In this document: piece by piece, positions 49,132 to 58,167 of the stretch
Layout: each line of letters starts with the position of its first letter
Position numbering within the stretch: position 1 is the stretch's first letter
From: a virus
Lineage: Duplodnaviria; Caudoviricetes
DNA length: 64,000 nt
Reading direction: 5' to 3' (one strand)
IMG/VR virus record: IMGVR_UViG_3300028327_000538
Coordinates: 1 to 64,000 of that record
Notes under the pieces: model-generated
The model's input: only the letters and a program-made list of their open reading frames with translations
What the model was told of the DNA's origin: nothing
Database searches by the model: none
Program-made: the position numbers and the translations under genes

Positions 49132-50430
49132 ATGAAAATCATTAATTTACAAGCCGAGAATTTTAAGAGAATCCAGGCTGTTGATATTACACCAAAGGAC
49201 AATTTGGTCGTGCTGAGCGGCGCGAATGAACAAGGAAAATCAAGTGTTTTAGACGCGATTATGGCCGCTATTTCGGGCGGACGCGGAATAAGGGATATTT
49301 CGGAGCCTATCCGTAAAGGGCAGGAACGCGCCGAAGTCAAACTCGACCTGGGCGATTTAAAAATCAGGCGTGTCTGGCAGGATGGCAAAACACCGCGAAT
49401 AGAGGTTACAAGCGCCGATGGGAAGAAGTATCCAAGTCCACAGGCCATGCTTGACACCTTAACAGGCACGCTGACATTTGACCCGCTGGAATTTGCGCGG
49501 ATGCCGCCCAGGGAGCAACGAGCGACACTCCTGCGGCTTGTTGAATTACCTTTTGATCCCGATGAAAACGACGCAGAGCGCACCGTGCTTGTACAAAAGG
49601 AGACGGCGGCGAAACAGGAAGCGAAGCGCCTGGATCAAAGCGTATCCGCGTTGACGCAAGTGCCAATCGACACGCCGGACGAGGAAATCTCCGCGGCGGA
49701 AATCTACGAGGAGCTGACAAAGGCGCAGGCGGTTGTGGATGAGAATAAGCGTAAGAGATCGGAACTTGAAGAAGCCAAGAACGCATACCGCCAAGCCAAC
49801 GAGGGCATAAAAGATATAAAGCGGCACATAGACGAGCTAAAAAAAGAACTTGAAAATATGGAAGCCGCCCTTGTAAGCAAACGCGAAATCGGGGAGAGAT
49901 TAAAAACCGAGGTTGACGCGCTCATCGACCCCGATACTTCCGAGCTTAAAGCGAAATTGGCATCACTGGACAAAATCAATCGCAACGTCCGGCAAAAGCA
50001 ATCAAACGAACAGACTCTTGAGAATTACAAAGCGGCACAGATTCTCGAAACAGCCGCAAAGAAAGCTGTGGCCGCCCACGACAAAGCCCGCGCCAAAGCT
50101 CTCGCTGAAGCCAAGTTCCCTGTCGATGGGTTAGCGTTCTCCCAGGACGGCGTAACTCTCAACGACCTGCCATTCGCGCAAGCCTCCGAAAGCCAGCGGA
50201 TTATGACTTCCGCGGCGATGGGCATGGCTATGAACCCGGAATTAAAGGTCATGTTTATACGTGACGGCTCAATGCTGGACAGCAAACGAATGGAAGCATT
50301 GTCAAAGATGGCCGAAGAACACGAGTTTCAGATTTGGATCGAGCGTGTGGATGAGTCCGGTGCCGTAGGAATCGTCATCGAGGACGGATTGATACAGGAG
50401 AAAAAACATGCAAGTAGAAGCCTTGATTAA
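49132..50430 (+). CDS. SMC/Rad50-like ABC ATPase
   Basis: GANEQGKSS Walker A, long coiled coil, ASESQR signature, FIRDGSMLD; ATG 49132 after GGAGG. Confidence 0.85.
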   Translation: MKIINLQAENFKRIQAVDITPKDNLVVLSGANEQGKSSVLDAIMAAISGGRGIRDISEPIRKGQERAEVKLDLGDLKIRRVWQDGKTPRIEVTSADGKKYPSPQAMLDTLTGTLTFDPLEFARMPPREQRATLLRLVELPFDPDENDAERTVLVQKETAAKQEAKRLDQSVSALTQVPIDTPDEEISAAEIYEELTKAQAVVDENKRKRSELEEAKNAYRQANEGIKDIKRHIDELKKELENMEAALVSKREIGERLKTEVDALIDPDTSELKAKLASLDKINRNVRQKQSNEQTLENYKAAQILETAAKKAVAAHDKARAKALAEAKFPVDGLAFSQDGVTLNDLPFAQASESQRIMTSAAMGMAMNPELKVMFIRDGSMLDSKRMEALSKMAEEHEFQIWIERVDESGAVGIVIEDGLIQEKKHASRSLD

Positions 50431-50986
50431 CAGTCTGAAGAACACGGACAACCCTACAAGAACAATTGAGATCATCCCTGAAACATTCAAAAAAAGCAGC
50501 GTAGGACTTTACAACGGAAGAAAATACACGGCCTTGTTTAACCCTTTCAACGGCTGTGTGTATTTGGATGACTTGTATGGCGATATAGAAAGAATTACAG
50601 AAGCGGAAGCAGAAGTAGAGCGAACATGCAATCTGAACATAACCAAATCGGTAGTGCTTTGGATTGATCCGTCATCAAACAATGCCTGGGACAGTATTTA
50701 CTGGAACGAGTTCGATACTGTCACTGAAGCGTTGGATTATTTCAAATCGTTAAACCTGGTTTTTTACAGCGACGGATTAGACCGGAAAGATTATATCTAT
50801 CTGGTTTCAATTAACGAAAGAATACCTGGCTCCAAATGGTTCAGGCGAGTTCTGGAAACCCATGACGGAGAAAGGTGGAAAATGGGCAAGCCTGACATAA
50901 AAATTGACAGCTATGGATTGCCAAAAATCACGAGGAGCTTAATTGAACACTTCCAAAGGAGGGGGAATGAGTATCGAAGCCTTTGA
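50408..50986 (+). CDS. Hypothetical phage protein
   Basis: AGGAG RBS; ALFNPFNG..YLDDLYG. Confidence 0.6.
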   Translation: MQVEALINSLKNTDNPTRTIEIIPETFKKSSVGLYNGRKYTALFNPFNGCVYLDDLYGDIERITEAEAEVERTCNLNITKSVVLWIDPSSNNAWDSIYWNEFDTVTEALDYFKSLNLVFYSDGLDRKDYIYLVSINERIPGSKWFRRVLETHDGERWKMGKPDIKIDSYGLPKITRSLIEHFQRRGNEYRSL

Positions 50987-51128
50987 AGAATTGGTCTGCT
51001 CAGACGATATAACATTTTGCCCGATATGCGGTATGCCAAACGAACCAATAGACCAATTGGGGCGTCTGACACATTTTTGTTGCCAAGCCTGTGGCATGTG
51101 GTACAGCCACGACGCAAGGGAGGACTAA

Positions 51129-51479
51129 TTGAAAACACCTGAAGAAATTGAAAGCGCACTAAACCAAATGAACGGAACCGAGTGCTATTATTTGTACACA
51201 AAAGGATTTAAATTAACGGACGGAGTGAAGCTGATGGCCGAACTAACCGGAGGCTTTTGGCTGCTTGATGTAATTATCAGTTACCAGGGAAATGAGAAGC
51301 GCCTTGACCCGGATTTTCAGGTCTGGACTTTGAAAGTTGATGGAGACAAAGCAATAGTCTATGGGAAAAACGATATTGAAAACGTAGTGGTTCAGGAAAT
51401 AGAATACACCGATTTCCCGTTAAAAGAAATCACTGTCTGGGTTGAGGGCGACGTGCTGTTGTTGCCGTCGGAGCGCTGA
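51129..51479 (+). CDS. DUF6876-like protein
   Basis: GTECYY..LTDGVK...WLLD..S.Q...FQVW.L...QEIEYTDFPL...LLLPSE. Confidence 0.75.
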   Translation: MKTPEEIESALNQMNGTECYYLYTKGFKLTDGVKLMAELTGGFWLLDVIISYQGNEKRLDPDFQVWTLKVDGDKAIVYGKNDIENVVVQEIEYTDFPLKEITVWVEGDVLLLPSER

Positions 51480-51487
51480 TAAGGAGG

Positions 51488-52009
51488 TTGCCCATGATTA
51501 TTGTAAATCCAATTATGGGATTAAAATGCCCTTTGTGTAATAGCCCAACACGATTGGTGATGGAAAAGGATGATCGGGGCAACTGGTTTCGTGTTGAATG
51601 CTCTAATTGCAACTGTTCTTCTAATCGCAGGATCGAACTTGATTATAAAGCGATAGAGACTTTTAAAAATGGGGCTTTTGGAAGAAGAGTTGTTCATCCC
51701 TGCGGACATGTCAGATGTTGGGATAACGAACCATACGAAAAACAAATTGCCCATGAAGATCCACAATTAAAAATGTGTCCTGATTGCGAAAGAGAATCTG
51801 CTAAAGCAGAAAGAAAACGAAAATTGAAAATATTTCGGTCTTCCCGCAAACGGCTCATTAATCAATTCGGAACCGACGCAGAAACGGATGTTTTTCTTAA
51901 AGACTGTGGAAGTGTAATCTATTTTTGCTACAGAGCAGGTCCCGATCGAGAACTAATGGAAGTCAGCCGCGAGTTTTACGACGCGTGGGTAAAGGAATTC
52001 GGCAATTGA
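51488..52009 (+). CDS. Zn-ribbon (Lar-like N-terminus) protein
   Basis: LKCPLCNS...VECSNC; AAGGAGG RBS. Confidence 0.55.
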   Translation: MPMIIVNPIMGLKCPLCNSPTRLVMEKDDRGNWFRVECSNCNCSSNRRIELDYKAIETFKNGAFGRRVVHPCGHVRCWDNEPYEKQIAHEDPQLKMCPDCERESAKAERKRKLKIFRSSRKRLINQFGTDAETDVFLKDCGSVIYFCYRAGPDRELMEVSREFYDAWVKEFGN

Positions 52010-52542
52010 ACGACGAAGTAGTGTACATGCGATTGCCGCCGGAACTATTAAAGGAGTTGAGAAATGCAGGTGTCTCTTATACTGGAGAACCCACGAATCC
52101 CAATGGGGAATCTGTGTAGAAGATTTGACAAAGAGCAGGGGCACGTAATCAGCGAATGTCAGTTCTTATATCGCCCCGGCCCAGAAATATGGTGTTGGCT
52201 TTTTGATGCGAGGCTCGGCTATAGCTACAGTAGCTCAGACAAGCGGATCAAGAAATGCCCCAAGTGCTTGGAGCGCACACAAGACTTCAACGTTACAAAA
52301 GTGAGCAAAAAACACGATGTGCCCGACAACAATTCGTGCAGAGAGTTCAACGAAGAAACGGGTGAAGAAATCAGTTCCTGTCGGTACATATTAAACGAAA
52401 GTATCAAAAGGTGCTACTTCTTCAGAGAGCGCCTGGAAGATGGAAACCGCATAAACGACACAGTAAAGTGCAAAAGCTGTGCAGCCAGTTTAAAAGCGGC
52501 AAAAACAGAAAGCGAAGTAATTATTTTTACTGAGGAAGGCAT

Positions 52543-52908
52543 ATGCTCTTAAAAATTACGGAAGAAGAACGGGATATACTCATATCCCTATTGCAGAACA
52601 CGCCTCACAAAGAACTGCTGGAGAACGTATCCAGGGCTGAAGAAACCAACTGGAAAAAACTGGGCGAGATAACCCTGGAAGTTGACAACCATTATTTCGT
52701 TTGGCCTAAAGACGCAAGAGACGCAATCGAGGCTATTTACTGTGCGGAAGATGAATTTCTGGGGGAGCCAACAGAACCATACTTCTGCGGATGTGGTTAC
52801 TACCAGGACGTACATTATGACATGGACGAAGTGGAATATGTAGCTGAAACAGATGGCATATGTGAATCTCCTACAAGAACACCTGAAGAACAAGGACTAG
52901 GCGAATGA
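52543..52908 (+). CDS. Acidic hypothetical protein
   Basis: In operon with overlapping neighbours. Confidence 0.55.
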   Translation: MLLKITEEERDILISLLQNTPHKELLENVSRAEETNWKKLGEITLEVDNHYFVWPKDARDAIEAIYCAEDEFLGEPTEPYFCGCGYYQDVHYDMDEVEYVAETDGICESPTRTPEEQGLGE

Positions 52909-53339
52909 CTACAAAATCACGCCCTGTAAAATACATGCCTCAACACCCCTGGCTTGACAGCATCTTCTTTAACAGACTGTTGCAAGCGCTGGAGAGAGCG
53001 TTTAGCCAAAATACGGAGATACTACCCGAATATGACAAAATCGCCATAACAGATCTCAACTTTCCCTACCACTGGCTCAGAGAAACTGACCGAGCAATTA
53101 GCTTGGTGGTTGACGTTATGTGCGCGAGAGAATCAGAAATTTTCTTCGTAGAGGTAACTGAAAATGGGGATTTCCTTGTGCGAAGTATAGGCCCAAGAAC
53201 AAACCCCTACCGCAATAGAAGCAAGCTGAAACCAATCCACACACATATGAAAAACGAAGAATTTCCCGATAATATAGACTGGTCCGCTCGTAACCACCCA
53301 TGGAACCACTACCTGACAAAAGAGCCTTTGAATGGCTAA
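52905..53339 (+). CDS. Hypothetical protein
   Basis: ATGA overlap with the previous gene. Confidence 0.55.
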   Translation: MTTKSRPVKYMPQHPWLDSIFFNRLLQALERAFSQNTEILPEYDKIAITDLNFPYHWLRETDRAISLVVDVMCARESEIFFVEVTENGDFLVRSIGPRTNPYRNRSKLKPIHTHMKNEEFPDNIDWSARNHPWNHYLTKEPLNG

Positions 53340-53462
53340 AGGACAAAATCTGCGCTGGAAGCTGTTTAAGTTCTGTCGAATACTCTTCAATATATTACTT
53401 ATTGTTGCGATAATATATTTTGCCAAGGACTTTTGGCGCTTGTTTTTGCGCTGGGTATCCTC

Positions 53463-53687
53463 ATGAGTTTCAAATCAATCAAGCTCGCCCTCAAAATATA
53501 TTGGAAAGAAACTTTCGGAGATACAACGCCCACATTTGTCTTTTCATGGGCAATAGGGGCTATAGCTCTTACCGCTATAGCCATTTATTTGATTATAAAA
53601 TACGGCCATCCCTGGGATTACATTTTTGGAGGTATGGCTCTGTTGGGCATGGTATGTGGGACAATTCTTGCTAAGAAAGGTTACTGA
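53463..53687 (+). CDS. Small two-TM membrane protein (paralog of 24372..24581)
   Basis: KSIKLALKIYWKETFGD...YGHPWDYI. Confidence 0.7.
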   Translation: MSFKSIKLALKIYWKETFGDTTPTFVFSWAIGAIALTAIAIYLIIKYGHPWDYIFGGMALLGMVCGTILAKKGY

Positions 53688-54039
53688 TATTTTGACCAGA
53701 TAGCCTGGATATTCTTTTACGCTTTCTTCTTTGCCTTTCGGCTTCAGCATAGCCATCTAAAATGTCATTGCTGGGAATTGTCGCAACTGACACTGGAACC
53801 CCGGTTTTAACCGCATTCGCAATGGTAAATCCGGTTCCAAGCAACCCACTGGTCAAAATTATGGTTTTGCCTAAACCGGCCTTTCGTCTTTTCTCTTCCG
53901 CCAACTTCTCAAAATATCGCTCCACCAGCATCCGCCGGTAGTTCTCCTGTCTGTACCGCTCAACCATGTGTTGAGCGGCCAGCGTGAGGCGGTGTCTTTC
54001 TTCTGGACTGAGATCGGCAAGTCTGCGATGGTTATTCAT
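53671..54039 (-). CDS. K-x-A protein with basic patch and hydrophobic helix (paralog of 24578..24922)
   Basis: RLADLSPEER...VERY...FEKLAEEKRRK. Confidence 0.7.
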   Translation of the reverse strand: MNNHRRLADLSPEERHRLTLAAQHMVERYRQENYRRMLVERYFEKLAEEKRRKAGLGKTIILTSGLLGTGFTIANAVKTGVPVSVATIPSNDILDGYAEAERQRRKRKRISRLSGQNISNLS

Positions 54040-54385
54040 TTTTAGCTATCATCTCTTGCTCACACAAAGAATCGTAAGGGCACTCAAAGTTGCTATCCTC
54101 GTTCAGCGGGCATTGCGGGTCAAGCCGACATTCTTTACGCGCCGCCTCTTTGAGACGCTCCATGAACTGCTCGCTGCTAATAATATGGATGCCTTTGTGT
54201 ATCTGGTATAGCTCAGGGCACACCGGCCCGTTCGACCATGCCTGGAAGTCTTCCTGAAACAGCGGCTTCTCGTCCCAGACCAACGACCATGCCTGGGCGT
54301 AGTAGCAGAGCTTTTGCAGCTTCCAGACGCTCATCGGGCCGAGCTTGTCCAAAAAATACTTCGCTACATGGAATATAGTCGCCAT
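54032..54385 (-). CDS. Panacea-domain (DUF4065) antitoxin with atypical Cys-rich C-terminus
   Basis: VAKYFL...KLQKLCYYAQAW...PLFQEDFQAWSNGPVCPELY. Confidence 0.85.
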   Translation of the reverse strand: MATIFHVAKYFLDKLGPMSVWKLQKLCYYAQAWSLVWDEKPLFQEDFQAWSNGPVCPELYQIHKGIHIISSEQFMERLKEAARKECRLDPQCPLNEDSNFECPYDSLCEQEMIAKNE

Positions 54386-54388
54386 ATA

Positions 54389-56032
54389 TCACCAGTTCAG
54401 TTTCTTAAACTGTATGTCTTCCGGGTTAATAAAGTAGCGGCATGTACGATATGTGGCGCTCAGACCCTCGACGGGTATGGGATATATCTGTCTGGTTGAC
54501 AGGTAGGTGATTGTCGAACCGTCGATATTATCCATGTGCAGGACGGCATATGTGGGGATGCCGCTCTTGCCCTCGCATGTCTCAGTGATTACGCCGTTGT
54601 CGGCGAGTTTGTATGGCAGGTTGTTTCGGTCTTCCCATGTTTCCTCAAACTTGACGGGGACGCCGATTCCATCAAAGAGTTCGTTGAAGCGCAGGTTTGT
54701 CGGTGACGACCATGTGTTTATGCGATTGGCTAGAATTGCTGTCCAGGCTTCTTCATCAAGGCTGCCCTCATACACCACGACGAGCTTTTTAACCTGAACA
54801 GGGATGAAGGATTTGAAGAGCAGGTCGCAGTTCAGCAGGCGCGAGGAGTTTGCCGATTCCTGAATATTCTCCATGTTTGAGTATGTTTTGTATGACAGCG
54901 TGACGGTATTGTCGGTTGCGCGTTCAGTGGTTCTGACGCTGATCCGCAGACGCTCATAGATTGAATACCTGTAGTTCTTGCCCCAGGCTATGTCGGGGAG
55001 TATCTCTACTGAATAGTCAACGTCGCCGTTGGGCTTTTTGGCGAGCTTGCTGTAATCAAGGCCGCCTATGGACGACTTTTCCCAATCAATCAGCACGATT
55101 GGCGTCACCGGGATATTGCCCTCGCACAAGCGCCAGCTACACACGGTGCCGTTGTAATTAATGCCGCTGTATCTGGCAAAATCGAAAGAATAGACGTTGC
55201 CGCCTTTGTCGGTAATGTTGTTTGTCGTAAACTCGGCGTCAACCAGGGGGCTTTTGATGTAGGCGTCTATCCGGCTACCGATGTGCCCCGACCAGCCCCG
55301 CGAGGCCACTGAGATGTCGCGCTGCATTTCGGGGTCTCCGAAGCCGACGGCGAGTATGTCAAAGATGTCGTAGGCACTCTTGTAATTGGCGATTATTGAG
55401 GCGGAATTGACGTCGTTCCTGGTTGAAAGACTGTTTTGAATGGTGGTGAAATACTCTTCGTTGGTTTCGGCTGCGATGGGAGCGGACGAGGCGTTTTCGT
55501 TTCTGACAAAGGCCAGCCCGTTTGCGATGACGCTCGTTTGTGTAACCGCTCCGGCGGGGACGACCCCTGAGCCGTCAAACTTAACAGTAATCTTGGCGGC
55601 ACGATATTCCGCTCCGTCTATGGTCACTTTCGGCATTGAACCGTAAACAAGAATATACTCGCGCAACGGATACCCGACTGCGTTTGAGCTTGTCCGAAAC
55701 GTGTCGGTTGTATTGACGACAATAGGCTCCGCGTTGCCGGACTTAAAGTACATCGAAACCTCAACAGTAACGCTGTTCGCCGTGCGTCTCGGCGGAGCCA
55801 TCAGCATTTTGCCGATGTTGTCCAGTTGTTCCTCGCCGAGCTGACTCGGATCTGAAAACAGCAGGTATCGCTGAATCCACTCCACGACATCCCAGGTGGC
55901 CTTGCTCAGCATGGCGAATGGAAGCACAGACAGGTTGAACGTGGCTGAATTGGGCGAGAGGTCAACATTGGCGAATCTCTCATCGTCCTTGAGCGTGTTT
56001 ACGGCAAATGTAATGGCATCCTCAAATCTCAT
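54389..56032 (-). CDS. Baseplate J-like wedge protein
   Basis: EEQLDNIG, ETNEEY..IQNSLS.R, VGFGDPEMQRD, HIGSRIDAY; follows a gp25-like gene; ATG 56032. Confidence 0.7.
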   Translation of the reverse strand: MRFEDAITFAVNTLKDDERFANVDLSPNSATFNLSVLPFAMLSKATWDVVEWIQRYLLFSDPSQLGEEQLDNIGKMLMAPPRRTANSVTVEVSMYFKSGNAEPIVVNTTDTFRTSSNAVGYPLREYILVYGSMPKVTIDGAEYRAAKITVKFDGSGVVPAGAVTQTSVIANGLAFVRNENASSAPIAAETNEEYFTTIQNSLSTRNDVNSASIIANYKSAYDIFDILAVGFGDPEMQRDISVASRGWSGHIGSRIDAYIKSPLVDAEFTTNNITDKGGNVYSFDFARYSGINYNGTVCSWRLCEGNIPVTPIVLIDWEKSSIGGLDYSKLAKKPNGDVDYSVEILPDIAWGKNYRYSIYERLRISVRTTERATDNTVTLSYKTYSNMENIQESANSSRLLNCDLLFKSFIPVQVKKLVVVYEGSLDEEAWTAILANRINTWSSPTNLRFNELFDGIGVPVKFEETWEDRNNLPYKLADNGVITETCEGKSGIPTYAVLHMDNIDGSTITYLSTRQIYPIPVEGLSATYRTCRYFINPEDIQFKKLNW

Positions 56033-56417
56033 TTGAATCTCCCAGGGGCAGCTTGATATAGCGCACGCCATAGTCAGTCTTAACCGAAATGTTCACGGTT
56101 GCGCGTTTGGACGCGACATTGAAATCAACGGCGCCCAGGACGACATCCTGCAGGTCTGGATGGCTGCCCTTTATCTGCTCGGCAATCATGGACAGGCGGC
56201 TGGACATCTCAACCGAAAACTGCGACTTGTCGCCATAGGTCGTGAGGTCTTCAACGTCGCCACCAAAGAAGCGGCCCCACTCAAAATTTCTGGTGTTTGA
56301 CAGAATGGCGACACAGAGCTGCTGAAGCAGCAGTTCAAAGCCGCTGACTTCTTCGCCAGTCCAGCCAAAGGTGATAAAGCCGTCGTCGGCGATTTTGATA
56401 ATTTTCAGGTCAATCAA
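56022..56417 (-). CDS. gp25/GPW-like baseplate wedge protein
   Basis: VSGFELLLQQL..ILS...FGG; 131 aa directly upstream of the J-like gene. Confidence 0.6.
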   Translation of the reverse strand: MIDLKIIKIADDGFITFGWTGEEVSGFELLLQQLCVAILSNTRNFEWGRFFGGDVEDLTTYGDKSQFSVEMSSRLSMIAEQIKGSHPDLQDVVLGAVDFNVASKRATVNISVKTDYGVRYIKLPLGDSNEI

Positions 56418-56856
56418 ATCCGGTCTCCAACAATTTGGCTAACTCCGCTACCTTGATCAAAAGATTGTTCTTATTCAACTGCGGCGCCAGGCTGTCCTTG
56501 TGCTCGTCCACTTCTTCGGCCCTTCGTAACAGGCTTTCGAGAAACGCTTTGTTGTCTTGCAGGTCTATCTTTGTCGAGACTGTGTAATCAAGGAAATAGT
56601 CGCCGGGCTGTTTGTTGATTTCAGCGATGGTGCGGTTATAGCCTATCTGATCCCAGATGGACGCGGCTATTTCCGTGAGCTGTCCGATGCTGCTGGCGTT
56701 CACAAAGAAATTGGACAGAGCGGAAAAGTCTGTTTTTTCTTCCGGCGTGTTGGGGACGTTGGGAGTTCCCTTCTGGGCTTCCAGTGTGTTCTCGTTCTGC
56801 TCAATGTCCTGGCTGATAAAACTCTGTTCTTCGAGGCTCTTGGTCAGGGGCATCAA
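56410..56856 (-). CDS. Hypothetical tail-region protein
   Basis: Coupled in the baseplate operon. Confidence 0.55.
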   Translation of the reverse strand: MMPLTKSLEEQSFISQDIEQNENTLEAQKGTPNVPNTPEEKTDFSALSNFFVNASSIGQLTEIAASIWDQIGYNRTIAEINKQPGDYFLDYTVSTKIDLQDNKAFLESLLRRAEEVDEHKDSLAPQLNKNNLLIKVAELAKLLETGFD

Positions 56857-57230
56857 AGCACCATGTTTACTGACAGGGAAACGTCGTCAACAGTGTCGCG
56901 CAAGAGTTCCAGTTGATTTTGTATCTGCAACTGAATCGCGTCGCCCCAGAGCTTTGCCTTATATATCACGGCCTCGATGGGCAGGCGGGAGTCGGCAAAG
57001 TGCCCCTCGATTTTTCCGCGCTCAAATAATGCTATATCCGGCCCGGCGTTATGATAGAATGGCGGATACTTTGAATCGTGCGGATCACCAAACATGCCGC
57101 TTACACGAATTTTAATATCTCCGAACTTTTGCAGTTTCGCGTCGTCATCAAGACCTTTCTGAGCCACACGAAAAGTCACGACAACAACACCGTCGTTTAT
57201 TGTTTGAGAACGCTGTATAATTGTGGACAT
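56853..57230 (-). CDS. Hypothetical tail-region protein
   Basis: First gene of the baseplate operon; TGcTATAAT upstream; ATG 57230. Confidence 0.55.
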   Translation of the reverse strand: MSTIIQRSQTINDGVVVVTFRVAQKGLDDDAKLQKFGDIKIRVSGMFGDPHDSKYPPFYHNAGPDIALFERGKIEGHFADSRLPIEAVIYKAKLWGDAIQLQIQNQLELLRDTVDDVSLSVNMVL

Positions 57231-57287
57231 ATTAGCCTCAAACAATTATAGCATAATATCCAACACTCTTATACTAAAGGAGAATCA

Positions 57288-57620
57288 ATGATCCCATCAT
57301 CCATGACAACACCAATATTATTGTTCGCTCATTGTGTATGCGACTTTTCGTTGCAAACAGAATGGATGGCTAAAAACAAAAAAGAACCTAACATTATAGG
57401 ATCCATCGCTCTTATAGCTCATTGTTTCATTTGGGCCGGGGGGATCTCGCTGGCGCTAATCTATCTGAATATGTTTGAGCCTTGGAAATGGTACATGCTT
57501 TACATTGGACATTGGTTAATTGACGCATGGAAAGTGAACCAAACTTCTATTGAGCCAAAGAAGTCATTTGCGATAGATCAGGCGCTGCACGTATTGCAGT
57601 TGTCGATTTGTCTTACATAG
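57288..57620 (+). CDS. DUF3307 membrane protein
   Basis: AHCVCDFSLQT.WMAKNK...AH...HWLID.WK...DQALH. Confidence 0.85.
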   Translation: MIPSSMTTPILLFAHCVCDFSLQTEWMAKNKKEPNIIGSIALIAHCFIWAGGISLALIYLNMFEPWKWYMLYIGHWLIDAWKVNQTSIEPKKSFAIDQALHVLQLSICLT

Positions 57621-58167
57621 TCTTTTTGTAGGGTTGAAATGTAGCCCAGGCTTCGTAGAACTTAAATGTTTGGGTTGCGTCCGTCCAGATGCGACAAGTA
57701 ATTTCTTCGCCCTTATTGACCGGCACTAGTGTCATCTGCCACTTGTTTTGAATCATTGTTCCTAAACCATTAACTAGAGTGTTATTGGAAACATCGCCAG
57801 TCCATATCCAAAGATTCATGGCGTTAATGTTAGTCCCTTGATCTGCATACCACCAAACTCTGACTATGCCATTATCCGGCGCTGTATATGCTGAGCCGGT
57901 TACGGTAGCATTTTTAACCAGGCTCGATGGGAAGAAACCGTTATTCGTGTTGTCGGATCTGCGTTGTCTTCCGATCCATTCAGTCTTGTCTCGATCCAGA
58001 CTCCCGTCAATCCCGCCTTTGGGAACCGCGAAATTCAGGTAATACCCGTCGTCTCTTGTTTCAACTGTTACGTCCGCCGGCTCTCCCGCTCCCAATGTCG
58101 TCACGTTTCCTATCTTAATAGGGGGGGGGGGGCTGCCAGGTAATTGATTGGACTGAGGGTATCTCAT
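57613..58167 (-). CDS. Short fibre/receptor-binding-like protein with an in-frame C12 tract
   Basis: MRYPQSNQLP, C12 (plus-strand G12 at 58121-58132), IGNVTTL..GEPA.V...LNFAVPKG fibre knob, YTAPDNG...VPVNKGE tip domain. Confidence 0.7.
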   Translation of the reverse strand: MRYPQSNQLPGSPPPPIKIGNVTTLGAGEPADVTVETRDDGYYLNFAVPKGGIDGSLDRDKTEWIGRQRRSDNTNNGFFPSSLVKNATVTGSAYTAPDNGIVRVWWYADQGTNINAMNLWIWTGDVSNNTLVNGLGTMIQNKWQMTLVPVNKGEEITCRIWTDATQTFKFYEAWATFQPYKKTM

